A stretch of 64,000 nucleotides of DNA, from IMG/VR virus record IMGVR_UViG_3300028394_000040, one strand, 5' to 3'. The position numbers and the translations under genes were made by a program. Of the stretch, positions 1 to 10,800 are shown one piece after another (positions within the stretch are counted from its first letter, which is position 1; every line of letters begins with the position of its first letter). Source of the stretch: a virus. A model generated the notes under the pieces. The model saw only the letters and a list, made by a program, of their open reading frames with translations. It searched no databases and was not told where the DNA came from.

Positions 1-1125
1 ATATGTTGCTGCATAACTATTATCTATTGATGTAGATTGTCCAGTTGCAGAATTAATCGTCTGTCCATAAGCAACAGTATCTATTACTGCTATTGCGTCT
101 CCTCTATTAGAAGCTAACGATATTAATGAGTTAACTGTAGAAGGAGCATTTTGTAAAGTAATACCAGGTGCAAAAATTACTTTAAATGAATAAGCATCTT
201 TATTAGCTAACAAACTAATAGCTACATTGTAATCAGCAGCCGCTACTCCTTGTATATCGTTACCTGTCGTAGATGGAATTCTATCGTATAATTTTATAGA
301 AGCACTTACTGTTCCAGTAGCTCCACCAAAACATCCGTTATTTGAACCAGAACCTATTGTAGGAATAGAAGCTGTATAAGCTGCTACTGCTACCTGTCCT
401 TGGGTATTTAAATAATTAGGTGTTGGTAAATTAACACTCTTTACATGAATATATCTACTGTTGTTATTATATGAACCGCTAGTAGCTAAGTAGTAATTTC
501 CTGATTCATCTACTGTAGGTACAGTGAATTGATTACCTAAAACGTATTCTACGTAGTTATTTGAATTAGGGTCTAAAGACAATCCAGCCCAAGTTTCTAA
601 TACAGTTTTATTAGCCGAGTAATCGTCACCTCGTCTTACAATTATAGAAAATTGTCCGGATCCAGTGTCGGCAGCTGTTACTTCCCATCTTACATTAGTA
701 ATTGAACCACTTACCAAAGAACCAGATACTACACCTAAAGAAGCGCTGAAATCGTTATTCATTGATAACCCTTCAGAATTAGTCTCTAACGTTAATGCTG
801 TTCCTGCTGTAGCTCCTAAAGAAGCAGTAGCAAAGTTATAAGAACCAGAAGCTACTCTAGTTACTAATAATGACTCTCCTCCTTGTTGGAAGTAGCTAAA
901 TGCAGCCATTGAAGTCAAATATTCGAAACTAGCACCACCGCTAGTAAATAAAGCACCAAATTTAGATTTATAATCTGAATAAGAAGTTACTAATGTAGGT
1001 TCGTTTACTACACCAATAACTGTTGGGCCAACGATTGCTGCCCCTACTGTAATAGGTCCTTGAGTAATTTGGGATGTATCATTCTCATTTAAGAATACCC
1101 CAGGGGATATTAAAGTTTCTGCCAT
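1..1125 (-). CDS. gp18: Tail sheath protein (T4 gp18-like), runs off the window start
   Basis: Not in the ORF track. Manual translation from the ATG at 1125 gives MAETLISPGVFLNENDTSQITQGPITVGAAIVGPTVIGVVNEPTLVTSYSDYKSKFG, the SPGV..E.D / GP..G...P.LVTS..DY...FG start typical of contractile tail sheaths. Confidence 0.9.
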   Translation of the reverse strand, partial: MAETLISPGVFLNENDTSQITQGPITVGAAIVGPTVIGVVNEPTLVTSYSDYKSKFGALFTSGGASFEYLTSMAAFSYFQQGGESLLVTRVASGSYNFATASLGATAGTALTLETNSEGLSMNNDFSASLGVVSGSLVSGSITNVRWEVTAADTGSGQFSIIVRRGDDYSANKTVLETWAGLSLDPNSNNYVEYVLGNQFTVPTVDESGNYYLATSGSYNNNSRYIHVKSVNLPTPNYLNTQGQVAVAAYTASIPTIGSGSNNGCFGGATGTVSASIKLYDRIPSTTGNDIQGVAAADYNVAISLLANKDAYSFKVIFAPGITLQNAPSTVNSLISLASNRGDAIAVIDTVAYGQTINSATGQSTSIDNSYAATY

Positions 1126-1175
1126 GTCTAATTGAATTGTCTTATTATAAATATACTATAATATGGCAAAACCGA

Positions 1176-1448
1176 TTACTGAGGTACTATTATTCCTGTC
1201 TCCAAGTCTACAGATGTACCACCGTATTTTTCTATAAGGCTGTCTGAAAATTCCTTCTCAGATTTACTTAACGTTTTTATATGTTGTTCGGCAATTTTAA
1301 TCTCATTTTCAATTGACTTTAATTGCTTTTCAACCATATACTTTTGAAGATGTACTTGCCCTAAATCATATACTGATTTAGTAAAGTTTATTTCGAAAGT
1401 TTTTAATTGTTCTAATTCTTCTGGCGTAACTTTAGTTTCTGTAGACAT
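1176..1448 (-). CDS. Hypothetical coiled-coil protein
   Basis: 90 aa ORF, coiled-coil, ends KYGGTSVDLETG; collinear with neighbours. Confidence 0.7.
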   Translation of the reverse strand: MSTETKVTPEELEQLKTFEINFTKSVYDLGQVHLQKYMVEKQLKSIENEIKIAEQHIKTLSKSEKEFSDSLIEKYGGTSVDLETGIIVPQ

Positions 1449-1449
1449 T

Positions 1450-1653
1450 CTATGCTGTTAGATTTTGATTTGACTCATTTAATTCGATTGCTTTGTATAA
1501 GCGACCAGTCTCGTCAGCAGCTTGTAATTCTGCTGCTTTAGCTTCTGCTTCTTCATACGTAGCATATTCGTAAATAGGATCTTCAGGTGTCAATCTAGCC
1601 ACCCAAATATTATCAACTCCAGGAATAAATTCCATTACTACGATGTACTGCAT
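1450..1653 (-). CDS. Hypothetical protein
   Basis: 67 aa ORF preceded by the TATTTATA motif (1666-1673). Confidence 0.7.
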   Translation of the reverse strand: MQYIVVMEFIPGVDNIWVARLTPEDPIYEYATYEEAEAKAAELQAADETGRLYKAIELNESNQNLTA

Positions 1654-1676
1654 AATATTTTTATTTATAAATATAA

Positions 1677-2174
1677 TTACTCTGCTGTAACCTCAGCAGA
1701 CGGTTCTTCTATTGGGGTAATAACTAAGTACTTATAGACTAAAGGATAGTTATCGGTAGTATTAACGTCTTTTAAGTCTTCTAACTTAATTTCCTTAATA
1801 GAGACTTCTTTTTCGTTAGAAACTAAGAATTCGTTATATTCATTCATAAACTTTATATACTCTTCAGTGTAGTACATAGGTTCTGTAGAATCTTCCGGGT
1901 TTTTCTTAGGTTGTGCAACAGGAATAAATAATTCTCCATTCTCATTCTCCTTGCCGTATTGTTTGATTAACTCTTGACGAACAGCCTCAATAGACTTCTC
2001 TTCTTCAGCTAGAGTATTAACTAAACTGTCTAACCAGTACTTTACTGTTGTAATAGGTAGTTTTTGGGCTAGTAAGCCTTCTAAACGTACTTCACCTGTT
2101 TCTTGATTTTTAGCTCCTTGAAGTTCGGCTTTTAAATCTAAAATTTCAAATAATTTTAACGATATTTTTTTCAT
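1677..2174 (-). CDS. Hypothetical acidic helical protein, possible tail/fibre assembly chaperone
   Basis: 165 aa, RQELIKQYG motif, lies between the fibre array and the sheath gene; preceded by the TATTTATA motif. Confidence 0.6.
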   Translation of the reverse strand: MKKISLKLFEILDLKAELQGAKNQETGEVRLEGLLAQKLPITTVKYWLDSLVNTLAEEEKSIEAVRQELIKQYGKENENGELFIPVAQPKKNPEDSTEPMYYTEEYIKFMNEYNEFLVSNEKEVSIKEIKLEDLKDVNTTDNYPLVYKYLVITPIEEPSAEVTAE

Positions 2175-2249
2175 AATAATCTTTATAACTTTGTTTACAT
2201 ATAAATATATAAAATTTTACTAAAACAATCCAAGGTACTTATATTTTTA

Positions 2250-2348
2250 TTAATAAGCAGGGCTAACATTATTTATCCCTAAACGACTATTTGCTAAATC
2301 AGCCGTTAGTATATTGGTTAAACTATATTGATTGGATATTTTTGTCAT
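2250..2348 (-). pseudogene. Truncated N-terminus of a tail-fibre-like gene (32 aa)
   Basis: ATG 1 nt after the upstream stop; MTKISNQYSLTNILTADLANSRLGINNVSPAY* ends in the (R/N)(L/V)GIxxxSPxY motif used in the neighbouring fibres (NVGIGTSSPSY). Confidence 0.55.
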
Positions 2349-2349
2349 C

Positions 2350-4674
2350 TTATTTTGCTTTTAATGGTTCTACTATTACTTTACCTTGTTCATCTGTCCA
2401 TTCTGTATCCATCATATGTTTATCTTTTCTTTCTCCTATTACCATCCACGATATCTCATCTGTTGAATTTTGATTCTGACTTTCTATATAAATAATATTA
2501 CCTATTACTTTTCCTTTTACTAAATCCCATCCATTCTCATTGGTGGTAAAACATTGAACTTCTCTACATAATGCTTCAAAAGTTCCTTCTGTCATTGTTG
2601 ACACCTCATCAATATTAGCTTGAGCCTTACCATTAACAAGAGTTAACTTGCCTCTATAAATTAAGTCTGCTTGAGGACCTTCAATAAATGAGTGAACTAA
2701 TTGATGTGTATCAGGTTTTAATGGATGGTCTATTCTAAATGAACCTGAACCTTTAGATAATGAGCCTGCAACTACAACATTGCCAGCTGAAGTAACTCTT
2801 AATGCATTAGTTCCTGACATATAATTATATGCATTTAAACTATCATCATTATTTAGTACCCATTGATATTTTGCAGTACCAGCTCTTTTTAATATAAATC
2901 CAGTTTGACTTGAACTACCACCATTCATTTCGATAAAACAACTAGCAGATGAATTAATATTTACTAATTCAGGTGTAGTTGCAGTGCCAATTCCAATGTT
3001 ACCAGTAGAGCCAATAACAAAATCACTTTGTACTCCAGTACTTGTTCCTCTTCCTAAAACAACATTATTTGAGTAAGCATTTATTCCTCCTAAAGTTGTT
3101 CCACCATCTCCACTAAATTGAAGAGGGGCATATGTTCCACTTACAATAAATCTTGAACCTACTTCACTACCTCCAACAAGATGTAATTTATAACTTGGCG
3201 AACTCGTTCCAATACCTACGTTGCCAGCAGAGGTAATCGTTAAAGGAGTAGTCCAAGTTATTGCATTACCAGCGGTTCCAGTTATCGCCGATTTAAAACT
3301 TAATGCTCCCGCCGATAATTGTAATTGCGAAGCAGTATTAGAACCTATATATTTCCATCCAGCATTATAATAAGCATTTACTGATAATGCAGTTTCATAT
3401 CCTCCATATTCATAAATACTTGCCGATTTTACTTGCAATACATTTTCTGTACCTCCTGCCCAAGCACTTGGAGTACTAGCTATTCCAACATTACTCGAAA
3501 ACGTGGCTGCTCCTGTCACCCTCGCAGTACCTGTCACATCTAATTTATATCCTGCCCCCGTAGTAGTTCCTCCTAAAAGAAGGTTACCGTAAATTGCGGT
3601 GTCTGTTGTAGAACTATTACCAAGTACAGTAGTGTTAGAGCCAAGACCTGTAGCATCGTATCCGATTACTATTTGATTAGTTTGGTTGTTTGCTAAAGGA
3701 GATGCTTGAAAACCAATCATTATACTATTATCTAAAATAGTAGCTCCAGTTGACTTATTAGCAATAAACCTGCCTGCACTTCTTCCTATGAAAATATTAT
3801 ATGCACCTGTAGTATTACTAAATCCTGCTACTGAACCTAAATAAGAATTATAATTTCCTGTTGTATTAGCAGCCCCTGTATTTGAGCCTAAAAAGACATT
3901 ATCAGAACCTGATGTATTATTACCGCCGGCACTATATCCAAAAAATACATTACTTGCACCTACAGAATTTGAATATCCAGAATAATACCCAACAAAGGAA
4001 TTAAAATTTCCTACTGTAGTACTGTATCCAGAGCCTAGACCTATACTCGTATTAGCAGTTCCTGTAACGTTTGTATAGCCAGCATCTTTCCCAATAAATG
4101 TATTACTGGTTCCTGTTGTATTTGCTTGTCCTGCTTCAGATCCAACAACTGTATTAAAACTACCAGAACTATTTACTAACGCTCGATAACCAATAGCTGT
4201 ATTGTTATTAGTTGTTGCATTATTAAGTGAAGCAGAAGCACCAAATGCTGTATTATAATTACCTGTAGTATTATTTAGCATTGCTCGAAACCCTACAGCT
4301 GTATTATTAACTATATCACCACCTCCTCTACCTAGATTTACATCATCTACAGCTAAACTACCAGTTATAGCTACTGAACCGGTAAATAAATGAGTATCCG
4401 TTAACAAAGAGCCAAACCTAGTAGAGCCTGTGACAAAATCGATTGATGATGTAATAGTCTGTACCACCAAGGTCTGTGCCGTAAGCGTTCCTTGCACTAC
4501 CTGTGCACCAGTAAAGGTGTTTGAGCCTGTAGTAGCGTAACTACCTGTTTGAGCTATAAGAGCATCTACTTTGCTATTAGAAGATGCTGTATAAGCATTA
4601 AGGTTAGCTGTAGTAGCAACTCCAACACCGTTTAAGTTTAAAGAACCGGTAACAGATATGTTTTGGTGTTTCAT
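2350..4674 (-). CDS. Tail fibre / receptor-binding protein with YadA/Hep-Hag-like beta-roll repeats
   Basis: Shared TLTAQTLVVQTITSS module; 14-aa NTxxGxxAGxxNTTG repeats; GNVGIGT repeats; C-terminal GSLSKGSGSFRIDHP domain. Confidence 0.8.
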   Translation of the reverse strand: MKHQNISVTGSLNLNGVGVATTANLNAYTASSNSKVDALIAQTGSYATTGSNTFTGAQVVQGTLTAQTLVVQTITSSIDFVTGSTRFGSLLTDTHLFTGSVAITGSLAVDDVNLGRGGGDIVNNTAVGFRAMLNNTTGNYNTAFGASASLNNATTNNNTAIGYRALVNSSGSFNTVVGSEAGQANTTGTSNTFIGKDAGYTNVTGTANTSIGLGSGYSTTVGNFNSFVGYYSGYSNSVGASNVFFGYSAGGNNTSGSDNVFLGSNTGAANTTGNYNSYLGSVAGFSNTTGAYNIFIGRSAGRFIANKSTGATILDNSIMIGFQASPLANNQTNQIVIGYDATGLGSNTTVLGNSSTTDTAIYGNLLLGGTTTGAGYKLDVTGTARVTGAATFSSNVGIASTPSAWAGGTENVLQVKSASIYEYGGYETALSVNAYYNAGWKYIGSNTASQLQLSAGALSFKSAITGTAGNAITWTTPLTITSAGNVGIGTSSPSYKLHLVGGSEVGSRFIVSGTYAPLQFSGDGGTTLGGINAYSNNVVLGRGTSTGVQSDFVIGSTGNIGIGTATTPELVNINSSASCFIEMNGGSSSQTGFILKRAGTAKYQWVLNNDDSLNAYNYMSGTNALRVTSAGNVVVAGSLSKGSGSFRIDHPLKPDTHQLVHSFIEGPQADLIYRGKLTLVNGKAQANIDEVSTMTEGTFEALCREVQCFTTNENGWDLVKGKVIGNIIYIESQNQNSTDEISWMVIGERKDKHMMDTEWTDEQGKVIVEPLKAK

Positions 4675-4694
4675 TGTAAATTTTTATTGTCTTA

Positions 4695-6242
4695 TTATTT
4701 ATTTTCTAATAGGGTTACTTTGGCTGAAAGTTCTTTTATAGCCTCTATTAATACAGGAATAATTTGATTATAAGAAACTCCTTTAATCCCATCAGTACAA
4801 GTACTAACGGCATACGGAAGTATTTTTTCAACCTCTTGAGCAATTACTCCATATTGATATTCATCATCTGCTTTCCACTGGTAAGAATAACCATTTAATT
4901 CCATTAATTTATCAATAGGATTATCAATGATTTGAAGGTTTTTCTTCAATCTTAAATCTGAGTTAGCAGTTATATTTCCCGTTGCATAAATAGCACCCGA
5001 CACATAAAGCCTATATCCTCCATCGGTCAAAGTTCCCATTGAATTATTACCGTTTGTGTGAAGACATATTTGTCCATCAGTGCTACTTGCTCTTAATTCA
5101 AATTTAGTATAAGTAGATAATGCCTCATTAATACCAACAAGAGAATAATATGAAGTATTGCCAGTTGTACCAAACATTCCAATGCTTGAATTACCAAAGA
5201 AAACATTACCACTAACTTGTAATTTAGTGCCAGTTGAATTACTTGTTGTTGTATTTATTAATACATTTCCATTAAAGGTAATAGCATTTGTAGATTTAAT
5301 AATCTTCATTGCCATTGTACCATTACTATTGTATAACTCAAAGTTATTATCCTCTGAAGCTGCACCATTACCTAAATACCATTGACTAACTCCACTTTGT
5401 TGAAATTCTATACTTGCTCCTTTATTTACTACACCATTTAAAAGTAATTTTACATTAGTTGCTGCAACTGCGCTACCAATTATTACGTTGCCAGCAGCAG
5501 TAATGCGCATTTTTTCATTCCCATTAGTACCAAATCGCAAATTACCATTCATATTATTTCTAATGAATGTATCGGTAGCACTATCTCCTCCAACAAATAA
5601 TTCTAAATTACCAGTTGTATTTCTAAGTTGAATACCAGCATAAGCAGAACTACCTCCGACTGAAATACCAACCGTTGTAGCAACACCAAAATTAAGATTT
5701 GTTGTAGCGCCAATCCCAATGCTTGTTCCATCATCATAAATTGCACTATTCCCTATCGTACCACTTGCTGTAAACTTAGGCACATAGTTAGCAGTACCGC
5801 TTCCTACTACGGCAGTAGTTCCGTTTATAGCTAAGCTACCTGTTATACCTACGCTTCCGGTAAGCTCTTGTACATTACTCAATGAAGAACCGATCTTATT
5901 ACTACCGGTAGTAAATAAGACAGAAGACGTTACTGTCTGTACTATAAGGGTTTGTGCTGTAATAGAACCTAAAACCGTAGCATTATTACGTACATATAAT
6001 GTATCTGCCGAAGATGCAGTCATGGCATTAGAGCCAGTCAATGCATTTAATCCATAGCTAGAAGAAACGGCTGTTGTTGCAAAAGAAGCAGTACCGCTTA
6101 AAGTAGTAGTACCTAATGTTAACGTTGTAACAGAAGAGAAATCTAAAGCAGATCCAGAGAACGACATAGCTCCTGCATTAGAGGCAGATATCTGTGCTAC
6201 TACCGTTCCGCTATTATTTTTAAATCGAAATTGTCCTGCCAT
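4695..6242 (-). CDS. Tail fibre with C-terminal peptidase S74 intramolecular chaperone
   Basis: SDLRLKKN...GVIAQEVEKILP...LIEAIKEL S74 signature; shared N-module. Confidence 0.85.
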   Translation of the reverse strand: MAGQFRFKNNSGTVVAQISASNAGAMSFSGSALDFSSVTTLTLGTTTLSGTASFATTAVSSSYGLNALTGSNAMTASSADTLYVRNNATVLGSITAQTLIVQTVTSSVLFTTGSNKIGSSLSNVQELTGSVGITGSLAINGTTAVVGSGTANYVPKFTASGTIGNSAIYDDGTSIGIGATTNLNFGVATTVGISVGGSSAYAGIQLRNTTGNLELFVGGDSATDTFIRNNMNGNLRFGTNGNEKMRITAAGNVIIGSAVAATNVKLLLNGVVNKGASIEFQQSGVSQWYLGNGAASEDNNFELYNSNGTMAMKIIKSTNAITFNGNVLINTTTSNSTGTKLQVSGNVFFGNSSIGMFGTTGNTSYYSLVGINEALSTYTKFELRASSTDGQICLHTNGNNSMGTLTDGGYRLYVSGAIYATGNITANSDLRLKKNLQIIDNPIDKLMELNGYSYQWKADDEYQYGVIAQEVEKILPYAVSTCTDGIKGVSYNQIIPVLIEAIKELSAKVTLLENK

Positions 6243-6245
6243 TTA

Positions 6246-7874
6246 TTATTTATTTTTTAATATTTCTATTTCTTCTTGCTGTAAATCTATCTTTGCTGAA
6301 AGCTCTTGGATGGCTTTGGTTAATATTGGGACTAATTTAGAATAGTCTACTGCTTGTGGTTTAATAGTAGTATCCTCATTTATTGCGTCTTTTTCCCCAA
6401 ATACCATATATGGTAATAATTCTTGTAGTTCGTGTGCTTTAACTCCGTATGCCCTTGTATTATCAATAGACCAAGCATAATTATAAGTCTTAATTGCATT
6501 AATTAAACTTAATCCATTATAATCTTTAAAATCAGTTTTAAGTCTGTAATCTGAAGATGTATTGAAAGCAGTTGCTGATGTAGTTACTGTAATTGAACCA
6601 ACATCTACATTGTTTCTTCTTATTCCCATAAATAAACCATCAGTAGTAGTTCTATTCCCATAAAACACATAACCTGTTCCTTCTACCTGAATACTACTAC
6701 CTGCTAATGTTGTCCCACTTGTGTTAGTTAAACCAGCATCTGTTCTACCTATCAATAGACTCCCCATTCTCATAGACATAACATCGTAAATATTAGCCCC
6801 GACTTTCTGAGCAAATGTCCAAGTAATACCACCTGCCCCAGCATCTGTTGGATAGACATTCATATAATAAGAGGCTGGGCTAACTTTAGTTGTTAATTTT
6901 AATGCATCCCCACTGTAATTATCTGGTGAAGCTGCTGTAATACTACTTGCATACGTGGCGGCACCAGTAGAATTAACTGCAAATTTAGATGTCGTAGTTC
7001 CTCCATACCAAGTCAAACTTGGAGTTCCACCAGTATTATAATTTATATCAAAATTATATGAAGCATCACCTCCTAATTTTGTATTAGTTAAATAAATATT
7101 ATTTCCAGCCAAAACGGTTATGGGTCCATTAACAGTTAAAGTTGTAGTAGGAGAACTCGTCCCAATCCCTACGCTGCCAGCAGAGGTGATTCGTACTGCA
7201 TTCGTAATAGTTCCTGCTCTAAGAGTACGAATGTTTAAATATCCATTAGTTGCACTTTCATATTCTCCTGATATAGCAGCATACCTAGTTGTTCCACTGC
7301 CAAAATCTATTTGCCCGCCATTTGTTGAGCCTGAACCATAAACTTCAATACCAGCATATCCAGAACCTCCAGATGGTGCTAATATTGTTAATGCCCTACT
7401 GTAAAGACCTAGGTTTAAAATTGTTGTTCCAATACCAACATTTGTCCCATCATCATAAATCAAACTATTTCCTATCGTATTACTTGCAGTAAACTTAGGC
7501 ACATAGTTTGCTGTACCACTACCTACTACAGCAGTAGTCCCGTTTATAGCTAAACTACCAGTTATACCAACGCTACCTGTTAACTGTTGTACGTTACTCA
7601 AAGAAGAGCCAATGATATTGCTCCCAGTAGTAAATAAGACAGAAGATGTTATAGTCTGTATTATTAAAGTCTGTGCAGTTATATTACCTGTAGCTGTAAT
7701 GCTGCCGGATATAATTTGAGAACCAGAAAAGTAATTAGAGCCAGTTAAAGCATAGGAACCTGTCTTCTGTACTAGATTATTGACACTTGAAGTAGTGGCA
7801 TACGTAGACAAGTCTTGTAATGAAGTTCCATTATAATTTAAACTACCTGTAATTAAAGGAGCATCTATTCTCAT
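6246..7874 (-). CDS. Tail fibre with S74 chaperone
   Basis: TSSDYRLKTD...GVKAHELQE...VDYSKLVPILTKAIQEL. Confidence 0.85.
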   Translation of the reverse strand: MRIDAPLITGSLNYNGTSLQDLSTYATTSSVNNLVQKTGSYALTGSNYFSGSQIISGSITATGNITAQTLIIQTITSSVLFTTGSNIIGSSLSNVQQLTGSVGITGSLAINGTTAVVGSGTANYVPKFTASNTIGNSLIYDDGTNVGIGTTILNLGLYSRALTILAPSGGSGYAGIEVYGSGSTNGGQIDFGSGTTRYAAISGEYESATNGYLNIRTLRAGTITNAVRITSAGSVGIGTSSPTTTLTVNGPITVLAGNNIYLTNTKLGGDASYNFDINYNTGGTPSLTWYGGTTTSKFAVNSTGAATYASSITAASPDNYSGDALKLTTKVSPASYYMNVYPTDAGAGGITWTFAQKVGANIYDVMSMRMGSLLIGRTDAGLTNTSGTTLAGSSIQVEGTGYVFYGNRTTTDGLFMGIRRNNVDVGSITVTTSATAFNTSSDYRLKTDFKDYNGLSLINAIKTYNYAWSIDNTRAYGVKAHELQELLPYMVFGEKDAINEDTTIKPQAVDYSKLVPILTKAIQELSAKIDLQQEEIEILKNK

Positions 7875-10800
7875 TAGTTATTTATTTTGCTTTCTAAATC
7901 TTTTACTTTTGCAGATAACTCTTTAACTGCGTTAACTAGTAATGCTGTTACTTTTGAATAGTCTAACACCATTATTTCTTCTTGGTTAAATTCTCTATAC
8001 GAGATTAACTCAGGTTGTACTGCGTATACTTCTTGGGCTACTAATCCAATTTGTTTAGTTTTATCCCCGCTATATTCTGTAATCCAATCAAAGGTATATC
8101 CGTTTAATAATTCTATTTTATCTAAAGCTCCTTCTACTATTTCCAGATTAGTCTTTAATCGTAAATCAGATGTAGTATTAAAGTTATTAGCATCTACATC
8201 CCCGGAGAAGATACCTGAACCTGTTACGTTCATGCTTCCGGAGAATGAATAGTAACCGTTAGATCTATCTACAAATAACGAAGTAGTTCTAGCCCCTCCT
8301 TTAGAGATAATTGCATTACCTGATGTAGGTGTAACAAACGTAACTGTTAAAGTATTTACATCAGTAGCTGTTACTACTTGAGGTATCATTAACTGGTCGT
8401 TATTATCGTAGATATCTACGTTTACGTACTTGTAATTTAATCCGTGATTAATTACCCAAGAACCAGTAGCACTTGTTTGCGTAAATAAAAATCTATCTGC
8501 TTGTCCGGTAGAAATACCTCCTACAGAGACGTTAGCGTATCCGGCCTGTGCTACTGTAAAACGAACGCTAGTAGTATTGTTATCTACGCTGATAATCTCA
8601 TCAGGTTGAATAACGTACCCTGTACTATCGTAAATTGTAACGTTTGGATAGTTATATTCTAAATTATGATTTACTGACCAAGTATTAGCTGCAGAAGTCT
8701 GGCTATGTAGATACCTACTGTTATCTATATTAGCATTAGCAAAATCTACTGTACCAGATACAATAAATGTACCAGATACTAGAAGGCTACCAGTTATAAC
8801 ACCGGAACCAGAGAATGGAAAACCAGATCCGGCACCGCTACCAGAAATATATGATGCTGTAAATGCATACGATGCTGTCTGTGCGTTTAGTACATACGAT
8901 GCTGTATATGAATTAGCAGCTTGTGATGCCGATATTGCATTCTGTACATATGAAGCAGTTAAAGCGTTAACAACATAGCTTGCTGTTTGAGCATTTGCTA
9001 CATAAGACGCTGTCACTGCGAATGACGCACTCTGCGCATTTAAAACGTAAGATGCAGTAGGTACACTAGTTATCGGAGCCCATGAAGCAGAGTACGGAGA
9101 CGCACTTCCTACAGTAAGGACATAGCCGGCGTAAGAAGCCGATATCGTTGGCAAGTCACCTCCTATGGTTGCTAAAGCATATCCAGAAGAGGCCGAGTCA
9201 AATAGTATAGTAGCAGATGCTGTTGTAGCTAAGATAATCGAAGTAGGTATTACCATTTCGAAGTTATCGTCAAAAGCCTGTACCATTACGTACCTATCAC
9301 CTAATGCATGATCAAAAGACCAGGTATTGGCTGTACTAAAGTACTGTCTTGCCGTTCTACCAGTTACTGTAGTAGGTGATCCAATATTTGCTATCGCATA
9401 TCCAGCTACGGCTGAACCGAAAGTTAATGTTAACGTATTAACATCGGTAGCAGTAATCGATTGGGGTACTATTACTTCATTCGATGCGTTGTATACAGTT
9501 ACGTTTGGATAACGATAATTTAACAGGTGATTAAATGTCCAAGTAGCAGATGGAGAAGATTGGGTAAATAATTTACCTCCTGCTACTATTCCTGTAATGC
9601 CAGATCCGTCTCCAAAAAATGATCCTGTTATACCGCTTCCAGATACATTTAAACTACCAGTAATAACAGCTGAACCGCTAAAAGGAAAACCTACACCACC
9701 TCCTCCTCCGCCGTTTAGAGCAAAAGAAGCTGTTAAAGCATAGGAAGAAGATACTGCGTTGGCTACGAATGATGCTGTTAAGGCATTTACTACGTAAGAT
9801 GCTGTATAAGAATTAGCTGCTTGTGATGCCGATATTGCATTTGTTACATATGATGCTGTTAAGGCATTCACTACGTAAGAAGCAGTTAAGGCATTTACTA
9901 CGTAAGAAGCTGTTCTAGCCGTATCTACGTAGCTGGCAGATTGGGCTAATGCTACAAAGGATGCAGTATATGCATTAGCTGCTTGAGATGCTGAAATTGC
10001 ATTTACTACGTAAGAAGCAGTTAAAGCGTTTACTACGTAAGATGCTGTTAAAGCAAAAGAAGCAGTAGCCACAGACATCGATGATGTTTGATTAGCCGTT
10101 ATTACGTTAAACCCATTTAACTGTAAAGAACCAGTTATACCAGTAGATCCAGTTATTGCTTGGGTATCTGTTAATTGACTACCTAGTCTATTAGAACCGC
10201 TTGAAAAAACGATTGAGGATGTAATTGTCTGTACTACAAGTGTCTGTGCCGTTAATGTACCCCTTACTGTAAAGTTATCTGCCGTAGATGCTGTAGCTGC
10301 TAAAGAAGCAGATAAGGAATTTACTACGTAAGAAGCAGTCTGTGCATTAGCTACATAAGAAGCAGTAGTTGCTGTACCTAAAAGGGAGCCTGTAAATCCT
10401 AAAGTCGAAGTAACAGAGCCAGAAAAAATAGAAGAGCCAGTTACGCCTAACGATCCTGTAAATTGATGAGTATCTGTTAATAAAGTACCTACTTTTAAAG
10501 TTCCATCCAATCTAGTCGAACCAGATACATAAAATTTAGAAGGTATTGTGTAAATATTTGGGTAGTTAATTGCAACATTACCTGTAAAGGCTACGTTAGT
10601 TCCATTAGCAATTTGAAAAGCTCCACCCGTGGCATCCGAACCTAAGTTAAATACTTGTCCATTATTTGCAGCATTAGTAAATGCAAAACCACCACCAGGT
10701 CTTGATTGCATATAAAAACCTGGACTACTTCCACTAACGAATAATGCTAATTCAGAATAATTTTTTGAATTTATAGTAAGTCTTCTAATATCAGGTGATG

